Shown one piece after another: positions 27,600-36,596 of a stretch of DNA of 64,000 nucleotides. Each line of letters starts with the position of its first letter. Position 1 is the stretch's first letter. Below the pieces are notes generated by a model that saw only the letters and a program-made list of their open reading frames with translations, did no database searches and had not been told where the DNA came from. A program made the translations under genes and the position numbers. Source of the stretch: Gemmatimonadota bacterium (GTDB lineage: Bacteria > Gemmatimonadota > Gemmatimonadetes > Longimicrobiales > Gaopeijiaceae); contig JAXHMG010000003.1 of the NCBI GenBank assembly GCA_034521595.1, positions 1,088,001 to 1,152,000 of the forward strand, given 5' to 3'.

Positions 27600-29264
27600 A
27601 TGCTATCGGAATTACGCATCCGCGACTACGCGGTCGTCGATGACCTCACGCTTTCGCTCGCTCCAGGGCTGAATGTCCTGACCGGGGAGACCGGGGCGGG
27701 GAAGTCGATCATTGTCGGAGCGCTCTCGCTGCTCCTCGGAGAGCGCGCCTCCTCCTCGGTGGTGCGCACGGGCGCGGCTCGCGCGACGGTCGAAGCGGTG
27801 TTCGAGGTGGCGGAGCTTCCGGCCGTGGCCGAGCGCCTGGACGCCCTCGGCTTCCGGGCCGAAGACGACGTGCTCATCCTCCGTCGTGAGGTCGCCTCCG
27901 AAGGCAGGAACCGCGCGTGGGTCAACGGATCTCCGGCGACCGCCAGCGTCGTCGGAGAGCTCGGAAGCGCCCTGGTGGATCTGCACGGACAGCACGAGCA
28001 CCAGACCCTCCTCAGGCCGCGCGAGCAGCGTGACATCCTCGATGCCTTCGCCGGTGCCGAGGGCGACGCGGAGCAGGTGGAGACCCTCTACCGCGAGCTC
28101 CAGGAGCTGCGCGGTGAGCTCGAGGCGCGGGAGGACCGCCGCCGGGATGTGGAGAGTCGCGCCGATTTCCTGCGTTTCCAACTCCAGGAGATCGACGACG
28201 CGGCCCTCAGCCCGGGCGAAGACGAAGAGCTCGAAGCCGAGGTCGCCCGCCACGAGCACGCCGAAGAGCTGGTGCGGGGTGCCGACGCCGCGAGCCAGAC
28301 GTTGTATGCCGGGGACGACGCGGTATCGGACCGGATAGCCGAGGTCCGACACACCATCCGGGACCTCGCTCGCTTCGATCCCGAGTTGGCGCAGCATGCG
28401 GATGCGCTCGACGAAGCATACCACCTGGCAGCGGAAGTCGGGCGAGCTCTCGGTGATTACGCTTCGTCGGTCGATCACGATCCCGGTCGGCTCGAGGAAG
28501 CGCGACAGCGCCTCGACCGGGTGTTACGGTTGAAGCGCAAGTACGGGCCGGAGCTCGCCGACGTCCTCGCGACCGCGCAGAGAGTCCGTGAGGAGCTCGA
28601 GGAGCTCGACGCGGCGGATCACGATCTGTCCGAGCTGGGACGTCGGATCGAGGAGGCCGAAGCACGCTTGACGGAGGCAGCCGCGGCGCTGAGCGAGAAG
28701 CGCCGCGATGCAGCCCGACGGTTGAGTGCACGCATCACCGACGAGCTCCCCGCGCTCGGGCTGAAGGACGCCACCTTCGACGTGAGCCTGAGCCCATACG
28801 AGCAGCCGTCCGCCGGTGGGGGCGAGGGCGTGGAGTTCCTGGTCTCTCCGAACCCGGGCTTCGCCCCCATGGCGCTCGCCCGGGTCGCCAGCGGGGGCGA
28901 GCTCTCACGCGTGATGTTGGCCCTGAAGGCCACCCTCGCGGATGTCGATCACGTGCCCGTCCTGGTCTTCGACGAGATCGACGCCGGCATCGGCGGTTCG
29001 GTGGGATCCGCGGTGGGGAGCAAGCTCCAGGAGGTCGGGAGTCGACACCAGGTCTTCGTGGTCACGCACCTCGCCCAAGTGGCGTCGAAGGCGGCCCAGC
29101 ACCTCCTTGTCGAAAAGACCACGAGCGGAGATCAGACCATCACCGCCACCTCGGTGCGACCGCTGGACGGAGAAGACCGCGTCGCCGAGATCGCGAGGAT
29201 GCTCGGTGGAGATCCCGGCTCGAAGACCTCCCGCGAGCACGCGAAGGAGCTGCTGGCGCGCTGA
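27600..29264 (+). CDS. recN: DNA repair protein RecN
   Basis: TGETGAGKS, HGQHEHQ, ASGGELSR, VFDEIDAGIGG, VTHLAQVA. Confidence 0.97.
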   Translation: MLSELRIRDYAVVDDLTLSLAPGLNVLTGETGAGKSIIVGALSLLLGERASSSVVRTGAARATVEAVFEVAELPAVAERLDALGFRAEDDVLILRREVASEGRNRAWVNGSPATASVVGELGSALVDLHGQHEHQTLLRPREQRDILDAFAGAEGDAEQVETLYRELQELRGELEAREDRRRDVESRADFLRFQLQEIDDAALSPGEDEELEAEVARHEHAEELVRGADAASQTLYAGDDAVSDRIAEVRHTIRDLARFDPELAQHADALDEAYHLAAEVGRALGDYASSVDHDPGRLEEARQRLDRVLRLKRKYGPELADVLATAQRVREELEELDAADHDLSELGRRIEEAEARLTEAAAALSEKRRDAARRLSARITDELPALGLKDATFDVSLSPYEQPSAGGGEGVEFLVSPNPGFAPMALARVASGGELSRVMLALKATLADVDHVPVLVFDEIDAGIGGSVGSAVGSKLQEVGSRHQVFVVTHLAQVASKAAQHLLVEKTTSGDQTITATSVRPLDGEDRVAEIARMLGGDPGSKTSREHAKELLAR

Positions 29265-29300
29265 GCCCGGGAGGCGGTGGAGGTGTGGGAGGGCACGATC

Positions 29301-30854
29301 TCAGTGATCGGGCCAGAGCGGGGCATAAATCTCCGCGCCGGCTTCGATGCGGTTCGTCACGGGCATGTCCGCTCCGTGGCCCGCTACGGCGTGCAACCAC
29401 CGAAGCCGCAGCCTGAGGGGACGAGAGCCTTCGGCTCCGGTCGGGGTCGCGGTGTCGTAGACGAGGGTCAGGCCCATCTGGTGTCGCCTCGCGGGATCCC
29501 CCGACGGGAGAGTCCAGGAACGGTCATCGGTACCGGACGGCGAATCCGCCACCGCTGAGAACGCATCAGCTCCACGCGAGAAATACCGGTATACGCCTCC
29601 CACCGTCAGCGCGTCGGCGAGCCTCAGTGCCGGCTCCGCCTCCACGGCCCAGTACGAGCCCGGATCCCACACCAGGGCTACGCTGGATGCGGCCGGGGCG
29701 AGCGCCGAGCCCTCGACCACGCCCCTTCGCTCGAGCGTCCGTTGGTTCTGGGTCCCATAGAGCACGCCACCGTCGAAGGAAAAGCGGGAGCCGAATCGAG
29801 CCCGTGCCGCCAGACGCCCTTCGATGTCCCGCTGACCGTCGCCCGACCCCAGGTCCAGGGGCACGTCCGGATCGGGCGTCCGCCCGGTTCCCAAGCGCAA
29901 CAAGGCTCCCGCTTGGACCTCCAACGAAAATCCGGGCCGGGCGGCCAACGGGCGCCCCAGAGTGAGGACTCCGAACGAGGTTTTGAGCTCCACGTCCCCC
30001 CACGTCCAAAGGCTCGTTCGCGTACGGAGCGGCTCGGCGTAGCCGAGACGGTCGAACTGGGCCGGAAGCGTCTCGAGGTCGGCCTCGGTCGCGCGGGCGT
30101 TCGACAGCACCAGCGGGCCCGGGAGCCCGTCGAGTCCAGCGTCCCTCAAGTCCGAGTCGAGCGCGGTGATCCGGTCCGCGAGCTCGGTAGCGATCGACGA
30201 CCCCTCGAGTGGGAAGAAGGGAGTGGCATGGAACACGGTCGACAGGGTCTGGTCGAAGCGACCGGTGCGCTGCGCGAGGGCCGTCGCGTCCTCGCACGCC
30301 GGATCGCCACTCTCGCAGAGTCCGTCCGCACGACTCCACGCGGCCGTGGTCGCCGCCCTCAGGCCTCCGAGAAACATGTCCACGTCGTTCCGTGCGGTGA
30401 GGTACGGCGAGATCCCCAGGTCACCCGCGACGGTATCCGGCAGGAAGACCAAGTCCACGGCGGTGCGGGTCTTCACACGAGGCACGGACGCGCCGACCGT
30501 CCACCATTCGGTGATCCCGTAGTCGATCCCCAGGTCGATTTCGGTCACGTCGTGAGAGACGCGTCCCTCGACACCACCCATGGTGGGCTGGTAGTCCGGA
30601 GCCCCGGAGAGCTCCCTCAACCCTTCCGTCAGCGTGGACGCGCCCGGGAAGAGCTCGAGGGCCCTGTCGGAGGTGAGTGGCTGACCCAGCGAGACCCGGT
30701 CCGCCTCGCCGCTCGCCCCAAAGCGCTGGTCCCACGCGGTGAAGCTCGGCCAGGCGGAGAGGCGGAGGGTGCCGGCCGGAGCGAGTCGGTCGTCGATGAC
30801 CTGTGCGCTGCCCGTTGCCGCGAAGGCCGTGAGCAACAGAACGGTGCCCACCAT
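29301..30854 (-). CDS. Hypothetical secreted, probable outer-membrane beta-barrel protein
   Basis: Signal peptide ending ATGSA-Q; amphipathic beta-strand pattern; aromatic C-terminus; start uncertain. Confidence 0.55.
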   Translation of the reverse strand: MVGTVLLLTAFAATGSAQVIDDRLAPAGTLRLSAWPSFTAWDQRFGASGEADRVSLGQPLTSDRALELFPGASTLTEGLRELSGAPDYQPTMGGVEGRVSHDVTEIDLGIDYGITEWWTVGASVPRVKTRTAVDLVFLPDTVAGDLGISPYLTARNDVDMFLGGLRAATTAAWSRADGLCESGDPACEDATALAQRTGRFDQTLSTVFHATPFFPLEGSSIATELADRITALDSDLRDAGLDGLPGPLVLSNARATEADLETLPAQFDRLGYAEPLRTRTSLWTWGDVELKTSFGVLTLGRPLAARPGFSLEVQAGALLRLGTGRTPDPDVPLDLGSGDGQRDIEGRLAARARFGSRFSFDGGVLYGTQNQRTLERRGVVEGSALAPAASSVALVWDPGSYWAVEAEPALRLADALTVGGVYRYFSRGADAFSAVADSPSGTDDRSWTLPSGDPARRHQMGLTLVYDTATPTGAEGSRPLRLRLRWLHAVAGHGADMPVTNRIEAGAEIYAPLWPDH

Positions 30855-31126
30855 CACGCGCGCGAAGGCGGAAACGCTCCCTCGGACCACCTTGGCTCGT
30901 CTCGGGACAGCTGGCTCGGGTCGAAAGATGGGAATCGGCCGGACTCCACGGTCCGAAGAGGTCGTCGGTGGCTCGCAAGACATCGAGGAAGATAAGCCCC
31001 GAGGAAGATGGCTGGTACGGTCCGGATCGCCAGAGCCCAACGACCGCTGGTTTCCGCCTCGACGGGCCCATCTGGTCGTTGACCAGACCGGAGGCTTATT
31101 CTAGGTTCATGTCCGCTGTGAACATT

Positions 31127-31199
31127 GCGGGAATAGCTCAGTTGGTAGAGCACAACCTTGCCAAGGTTGGGGTCGCCGGTTCGAGTCCGGTTTCCCGCT
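31127..31199 (+). tRNA. tRNA-Gly(GCC)
   Basis: Full cloverleaf: acceptor GCGGGAA/TTCCCGC, anticodon arm CAACC-TTGCCAA-GGTTG, T loop TTCGAGT; CCA not encoded. Confidence 0.97.
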
Positions 31200-31248
31200 C
31201 TGTGGGCGAAGGGGGCGGCAGCCAGCGCTGTCCGCTCCCTTCGTCTTT

Positions 31249-31319
31249 GGCGCCGTGGCCAAGTGGTAAGGCAGAGGACTGCAAATCCTTTATCCCCGGT
31301 TCGAATCCGGGCGGCGCCT
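31249..31319 (+). tRNA. tRNA-Cys(GCA)
   Basis: Acceptor GGCGCCG/CGGCGCC, anticodon arm GAGGA-CTGCAAA-TCCTT, T arm CCCGG-TTCGAAT-CCGGG, discriminator T; CCA not encoded. Confidence 0.97.
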
Positions 31320-31725
31320 CTCCTGGAAAGGGCTTGCGAACGGAACGGTCTGCGAGGTCAGCAGGCTTCCACGTTCTGCCACGGTCGGGCGCCGCCCGGA
31401 GTCGAACCCCAGGTTCGAGCCGAGGCGCCCATGTGGTGTCCCGCGAAGCGGCCCGAACCGGGATTCGCCGAGACGAGCGAGGAGCGCCGAAGGCGCCCGC
31501 AGCTCCATCCGGGCGGCGCCTCTAGAAAGGTCTTGCGTGCTGAACAGTGTGGGAGGCCAGCAAGCTTCTGCGCTTCAGACAGGTCATGGCGCCGCCCGGA
31601 GTCGAACCCCAGGTTCGAGCCGAGGCGCCTGGACGGTGTACCGCGAAGCGGCCCGAGACGGAACTCGCCGAGACGAGCGAGGAGCGCCGCAAGGCGCCCG
31701 CAGCTCCATCCGGGCGGCGCCCTCT
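31305..31725 (+). repeat. Two ~200 bp tandem repeats anchored on the tRNA-Cys 3' end
   Basis: ATCCGGGCGGCGCC at 31305, 31507 and 31708; near-identical blocks 31388-31520 and 31588-31721, each bounded by the 13 bp inverted repeat GGCGCCGCCCGGA/TCCGGGCGGCGCC. Confidence 0.92.
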
Positions 31726-31956
31726 GAAGGATTCCCCACCTTCCGGAGGCAGCGTCGGGGCACAGAAGCCCATCGGCGGAGGTCTGAACGCAGGTTGCTG
31801 CAGTGTTATTCCTGCAGCCCGTGACGGATGCCGAGGAAGAGCGCTAGGTTACGTCATCCATACGAAGCTCGGGTTGGCGAGGGCTGCGAACGCCGGAGCC
31901 GGCTCGGATCTCCGCGATGATCTAGCGAACAAGCCTCTCGGACAGGGCTGCCGGAT

Positions 31957-32190
31957 GTGACCCAGAACCGGACTGCGAAGCTGGTGCGACGAGCCGTTAA
32001 AGCGGCTCCGTTCAGCGTAGCGAAATTGGCCATCGAGGCCCGCGTTTCGAGCGCGAGTGTCTACGCGTGGGCCAACGGGATCCGCAAACCGAATCCGGAG
32101 AAACTGCGAAGGCTCGCCGATGTGCTCGAGCGCCGCGGTGGAGAGCTCCAGAAGCTCGCTGAGGAACTGAGGGATGCAGCGGACGCATGA
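31957..32190 (+). CDS. Small Cro/XRE-type helix-turn-helix protein
   Basis: SVAKLAIEARVSSASVYAWANGIRKPNPEKLRRLADVL matches the HTH_3 pattern. Confidence 0.75.
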   Translation: MTQNRTAKLVRRAVKAAPFSVAKLAIEARVSSASVYAWANGIRKPNPEKLRRLADVLERRGGELQKLAEELRDAADA

Positions 32191-32248
32191 CGCGGCCACG
32201 CTTTCGACCCGCCTAACTCCTTTCGTCCGCCCCCGCTAGGGCTCACGC

Positions 32249-33511
32249 GTGCTATCCTCTTCCCTCCACCTCGACCTGGACCTGGACTCCTTCCCATGGC
32301 CCGCTGAGCGGCCAGTGGCGGTGCGTGTGCACCCCGTCGCGGAGCGAGCCCTCAAGGACGGGCATCCGTGGCTCTTCGAGGACAGCATCACCTCCATGAG
32401 CGCTTCGGCGGGTGCAGGGGACGTGGTGGTGGTGTTCGACCGGAAGAACCGATTCCTCGCGGCCGGCCTCCACGATCCGGAGAACCCGATCCGGGCGCGT
32501 ATGCTCGTGCACGGCGAGCCGGCCGAGATCGGTCCCGAGCTGTTTCGACACCGCATCGAGACGGCGCTCGGACGCCGGAGCGAGGTCGCGTCACGGGACA
32601 CGACGGCGTTCCGCGTTCTGAACGGGGAGAACGACGGGATGCCCGGACTCGTGGTCGACCTCTATGAGCGGACGTTGGTCATCGAGGTCTTCACGGTCGC
32701 CTGGCTCCCGAGGCTCCGCGAAATCGTCCCGGCCCTCCGTGACGTGCTCGCGCCCGAGCGCATCCTCCTGCTCGCCTCGAACCGCGTGGGGGAGAGCGAC
32801 CTTTGTCCTCCGGAGGCGGCGCACGGGAGCGTCTTGCTCGGCACGTCTCCGCAGGGAGGCGTGCCGTTTCTCGAAGCGGGGCTGCGATTCGAGGCACACC
32901 CGTTCGAAGGGCACAAGACGGGCTTCTACCTCGACCAGCGCGCGAACCGATGCCGCCTCGGGCGGCACGCTGCCGGAGCACGGATCCTCAACGTCTTCAG
33001 CTATACGGGGGGCTTCTCGCTGCATGCCGCCCGGGGCGGGGCGGCGGAGGTCGTGAGCGTCGACCGAGCGGAGGCCGTGCTAGCCCAGGCCCGACGGCAT
33101 TTCGACCTCAACCGGGGTGACCCGCAGGTCTCGGCCTGCCGGCACGAGACCGTGGAAGGGGATGCTTTCGAGGTGATGTCGAAGTTGGCGCGGTCCGGAG
33201 AGCGTTTCGATGTGGTCGTCGTGGACCCACCGTCGTTCGCGCGGGCCAAGCGACATCGGGACAAGGCCCTCGGAGCGTACCGCACGTTGACGGGCCTCGC
33301 CCTGCCGCTCACGCGTCCCGGTGGGCTCCTCGTGCAAGCCTCTTGCTCGTCCCGAATAGGGGCGGGCGAGTTCCACGACGCCGTCACCGGTGTGGCGGAA
33401 ACCGCCGGACGCCCGCTACAGGACCTCGAGCAGACCGGGCATCCGCCTGATCACCCCGTCTCGTTTCCCGAGGGCGCCTACCTCAAGTGCGTTTGGGGTC
33501 GGGTGCCGTGA
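32249..33511 (+). CDS. RlmI/RlmK-like rRNA methyltransferase (PUA plus SAM domain)
   Basis: GHPWLF, ENDGMPGLVVD, GHKTGFYLDQRANR, LNVFSYTGGFS, VVDPPSF, ASCS, YLK. Confidence 0.88.
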   Translation: MLSSSLHLDLDLDSFPWPAERPVAVRVHPVAERALKDGHPWLFEDSITSMSASAGAGDVVVVFDRKNRFLAAGLHDPENPIRARMLVHGEPAEIGPELFRHRIETALGRRSEVASRDTTAFRVLNGENDGMPGLVVDLYERTLVIEVFTVAWLPRLREIVPALRDVLAPERILLLASNRVGESDLCPPEAAHGSVLLGTSPQGGVPFLEAGLRFEAHPFEGHKTGFYLDQRANRCRLGRHAAGARILNVFSYTGGFSLHAARGGAAEVVSVDRAEAVLAQARRHFDLNRGDPQVSACRHETVEGDAFEVMSKLARSGERFDVVVVDPPSFARAKRHRDKALGAYRTLTGLALPLTRPGGLLVQASCSSRIGAGEFHDAVTGVAETAGRPLQDLEQTGHPPDHPVSFPEGAYLKCVWGRVP

Positions 33512-33517
33512 GCCCGT

Positions 33518-34648
33518 TCAGCCGAGGCGATCGAGAACGTGCTCGAGTGCGGTGACAGCGCCGTCGACGTCCGTGAGCTTGTCGAGCCCGAAGAGCCCGA
33601 GCCGGAAGGTGCTGAAATCGTCGGGCTCGTCGCACTTCAAGGGCACACCTGCCGCGATCTGCATCCCCTGTTCGGCGAACGCGCGGCCGCTCTGAATCGC
33701 GGGATCATCAGTGTAACTCACGACTACGCCCGGAGCTTGGAAGTCTTTGGCCGCCACGCTCTTGTACCCACGCGCTTCGAGTAGCGACCGAACCCTGCGG
33801 CCGAGCTCGAGCTGTCGGTTTCGGGCGACGTCCAACCCGAGCCCCACGGTTTCCCGCATCGCGTCCCGGAACGCACGCAGGGCATCCGTCGGCATGGTCG
33901 CGTGATACGCGTGCCCCCCCTCTTCGTATGCACGCATGATCTGATGCCACCGCTTCAGATCACAGGCGAAGCTGGTGCTCTCAGTGGCGGTCATGCGCTC
34001 GAGCGCACGATCTCCCAGCATGACCAGGGCCGAGCTCGGAGGCGCACTCCATCCCTTCTGAGGCGCGCTGACGAGCACGTCGACCCCGAGTGCCGTCATG
34101 TCGACCCAAACCGTCCCCGAGGCGATGCAGTCGAGCACGAAGAGGCCCCCCACTTCGTGGACCGCCTCCGCGACCGCACTCAGGTACGCATCCGGCAGCA
34201 TCATTCCGGACGAGGTCTCCACGTGAGGCGCGAACACCACGGCGGGACGCTCCTCTCGGATGCGGCTCACCACGTCGTCCAGCGGCGGCGGCGCGAAAGG
34301 AGCTTCGGAGCCGGGTCCCGTCGGTCTTGCCTTCAGCACGGTATGGGTTTCGGGGATCGACCCCACGTCGAGGATCTGCGACCACCGGTAGCTAAACCAG
34401 CCGTTTCGAATCACGAGACAGCGGCGGCCGGTCGCGAGCTGTCGGGCGACCGCCTCCATTCCGAACGTTCCGCTCCCGGGCACCACGGCGACGGCGCTCG
34501 CGGCGTATACGTCCCGTAGCGTCCCGGAAATGTCGCGCATGACGTCCTGGAATGTGACGGACATGTGGTTGAGCGCCCGGTCGGTATAGACGACCGAATA
34601 CTCGAGCAGCCCGTCGGGATCATGCGGTGTGGTGGCGGTCGACATCAT
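33518..34648 (-). CDS. Class V PLP aminotransferase (serine-pyruvate/alanine-glyoxylate family)
   Basis: PGSGTFGME, HVETSSG, LDCIAS, SAPQKGW (PLP Lys). Confidence 0.88.
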   Translation of the reverse strand: MMSTATTPHDPDGLLEYSVVYTDRALNHMSVTFQDVMRDISGTLRDVYAASAVAVVPGSGTFGMEAVARQLATGRRCLVIRNGWFSYRWSQILDVGSIPETHTVLKARPTGPGSEAPFAPPPLDDVVSRIREERPAVVFAPHVETSSGMMLPDAYLSAVAEAVHEVGGLFVLDCIASGTVWVDMTALGVDVLVSAPQKGWSAPPSSALVMLGDRALERMTATESTSFACDLKRWHQIMRAYEEGGHAYHATMPTDALRAFRDAMRETVGLGLDVARNRQLELGRRVRSLLEARGYKSVAAKDFQAPGVVVSYTDDPAIQSGRAFAEQGMQIAAGVPLKCDEPDDFSTFRLGLFGLDKLTDVDGAVTALEHVLDRLG

Positions 34649-34818
34649 CTCTCTCGGAAGCGAAGGCACGTCGTCGGGAGGCGTGACGATGACTCGGAAG
34701 CTCGCGTGACGCAATCACGCCGGGGCGGACGCGGGTGGCGCTTCGGGGCTGACGCCGGCGACGGCTCGCCCTAGGTTGGGTCTTAGCGGAGACATGCACT
34801 GAGCGAACGAGGATCGAG

Positions 34819-35964
34819 GTGAGCACGGATACGGTCGATGTCGTGGTCGTCGGTGCGGGGATCGTCGGCGCTTCCTGCGCCTGGCACCTGGCATCGCGCG
34901 GCCTTCGGGTCGTGGCGTTGGAGACGGAGGCCGCGCCCGCGATGGGCTCGACGGGGAAGAGCGCCGCCGGCGTGCGCGTCCAGTTCACCACGGCGCCGAA
35001 CATTCGGCTGTCCATGCACTCCCTGCCGTTCTATCGGAGCTTCGAGACCCGTTTCGGCATGGACATCGGATATCGCCCGATCGGCTACTTGCTTCTCGCC
35101 CCGGAGGAGCGGTGGGACCAGCACCTCGAATCCGTCGAGCTGCAGCGCTCGCTAGGGGCGCCCGTCGACGTGTTCTCACCGGAGGAGGCTCTGCGCTTCC
35201 TCCCCTTCGACACGGAGGGCTTGGCCGGCGCGACGCGTGGGCCGTGGGACGGGGTCATCGATCCACACATGGCGACGCAGGCTTTCGTCACGATGGCAAA
35301 GCGGGAAGGAGCGGAGTTCCGGTTCGGTGACCCGGTCACGGCGGTCACCAGGTCGCCGTCGGGTGGATGGGAGATCGTGTCCGCGAAGGGGCGCGTGCAC
35401 GCGGACTACGTCGTGAACGCGGCGGGAGCTTGGTCCGGAGAGGTCGCTTCGCTCGCGGGGCTGGATGTGCCGGTGGGTCCGAAGAAGATCCAGATCTTCC
35501 TGAGCGCGCCGATCGACGACGAGCGCACGTATCCTCTCACCGTCGATCTGGCCACGGGGGTCTATGTTCGCTCCGAAGGAGACAGGGTCCTCTTCGGAAA
35601 GGATCGCTTGGACCAGGAGATCGGCTTCGAGGAAGGGATGGATTGGTCCTGGATGGAGCACGTCCTCCTCACGGGCGTGACGCGGTTCCCCTGGTGGGAG
35701 GACCTCGGCGTGGATCGGAAGAGCAGTTGGTGGGGCTACTACGAGATGTCTCCCGACCACAGCCCGATCATCGAAGCGCATCCGCACGCGCCGACATGGA
35801 TCGACGCGTGTGGTTTTTCGGGCCACGGCATCATGCACGCCCCCGCCACCGGGTTGGCGGTCTCGGAGATCGTGGCCGACGGCGCCAGCCGCACCCTGGA
35901 TGTCTCCGCGTTCGGCCACGCCCGGTTCGGCGCGAATCTCCCGCACGAAGTCAACGTCTTCTGA
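34819..35964 (+). CDS. FAD-dependent oxidoreductase, DAO/sarcosine oxidase beta family
   Basis: VVVGAGIVG, GSTGKSAAG, VNAAGAWS, SPDHSPII, GFSGHGIM. Confidence 0.88.
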   Translation: MSTDTVDVVVVGAGIVGASCAWHLASRGLRVVALETEAAPAMGSTGKSAAGVRVQFTTAPNIRLSMHSLPFYRSFETRFGMDIGYRPIGYLLLAPEERWDQHLESVELQRSLGAPVDVFSPEEALRFLPFDTEGLAGATRGPWDGVIDPHMATQAFVTMAKREGAEFRFGDPVTAVTRSPSGGWEIVSAKGRVHADYVVNAAGAWSGEVASLAGLDVPVGPKKIQIFLSAPIDDERTYPLTVDLATGVYVRSEGDRVLFGKDRLDQEIGFEEGMDWSWMEHVLLTGVTRFPWWEDLGVDRKSSWWGYYEMSPDHSPIIEAHPHAPTWIDACGFSGHGIMHAPATGLAVSEIVADGASRTLDVSAFGHARFGANLPHEVNVF

Positions 35965-36019
35965 TGAGCCGCGCCGTTCCACCGGTCGCCTGCACGCCCG
36001 CCGGCCGCGCGAGGCGCCC

Positions 36020-36217
36020 ATGAGCATCCTCTGGATCGTGCTGCCGGGCTTCGTCGTGGGCGTTCTCGTAATGGACAGCGTGCGGCGGATCTTCTCCGAG
36101 GACGACACCCTCGTTCGCCGGCTCTTCGCCGATCAACCCGTCACGATGATCGCGGCGGCCACCACGGTGGGATCCGTGCTGGTCTGGGGTGTGTTGAGGG
36201 CGTTGCGGTTGATGTGA
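36020..36217 (+). CDS. Small two-TM membrane protein
   Basis: ATG 36020 after GAGG; two hydrophobic helices. Confidence 0.55.
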   Translation: MSILWIVLPGFVVGVLVMDSVRRIFSEDDTLVRRLFADQPVTMIAAATTVGSVLVWGVLRALRLM

Positions 36218-36262
36218 AGGAAAGGCTGAGTCCGATCGACGGCCTGCGTGTGGAACGGTGCG

Positions 36263-36448
36263 TCAGTCCGTCGCCTTCCGTCGCCGATCAGGGGTGGTCC
36301 GGCGCTCTCCGCGCCTACGGTCGGGCCGGAGGCGACGGTCTCCGCGTGCGCCGAGCGGGCCACGACGGCGCTCGCCCTGCGATCTCCGCTCTCCGTTCAC
36401 ACGGCGATCCTGATGGCTACGGCGTTCTCCGGACCTCTTCACGAACAT
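36263..36448 (-). CDS. Small arginine-rich protein with tandem [DE]RR repeats
   Basis: Eight [DE]RR motifs in 61 aa; GGAG upstream of the ATG; fills an intergenic gap. Confidence 0.55.
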   Translation of the reverse strand: MFVKRSGERRSHQDRRVNGERRSQGERRRGPLGARGDRRLRPDRRRGERRTTPDRRRKATD

Positions 36449-36596
36449 CGGTTCGACGTCTCCCGGCGTTGGGGGCTGAGGGCGCATGCATGGTCGACCC
36501 ACGCGGTGGTTTATGGAACATGTCGTGAGGCCCGACCGGCGTCAAAGCGGTTGGCCGATCGGGCCTCGAACGACACGTGCTCCGTGGCGTCGGGGG

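Noticed and set aside
31305-31725. CRISPR array
   Set aside because: Units are ~200 bp, the intervening segments are homologous to each other, the repeat derives from tRNA-Cys, and no cas genes are present.
31305-32240. Prophage or genomic island between att sites
   Set aside because: The tRNA-end duplications enclose only ~200 bp each; no integrase or phage genes are in the window.
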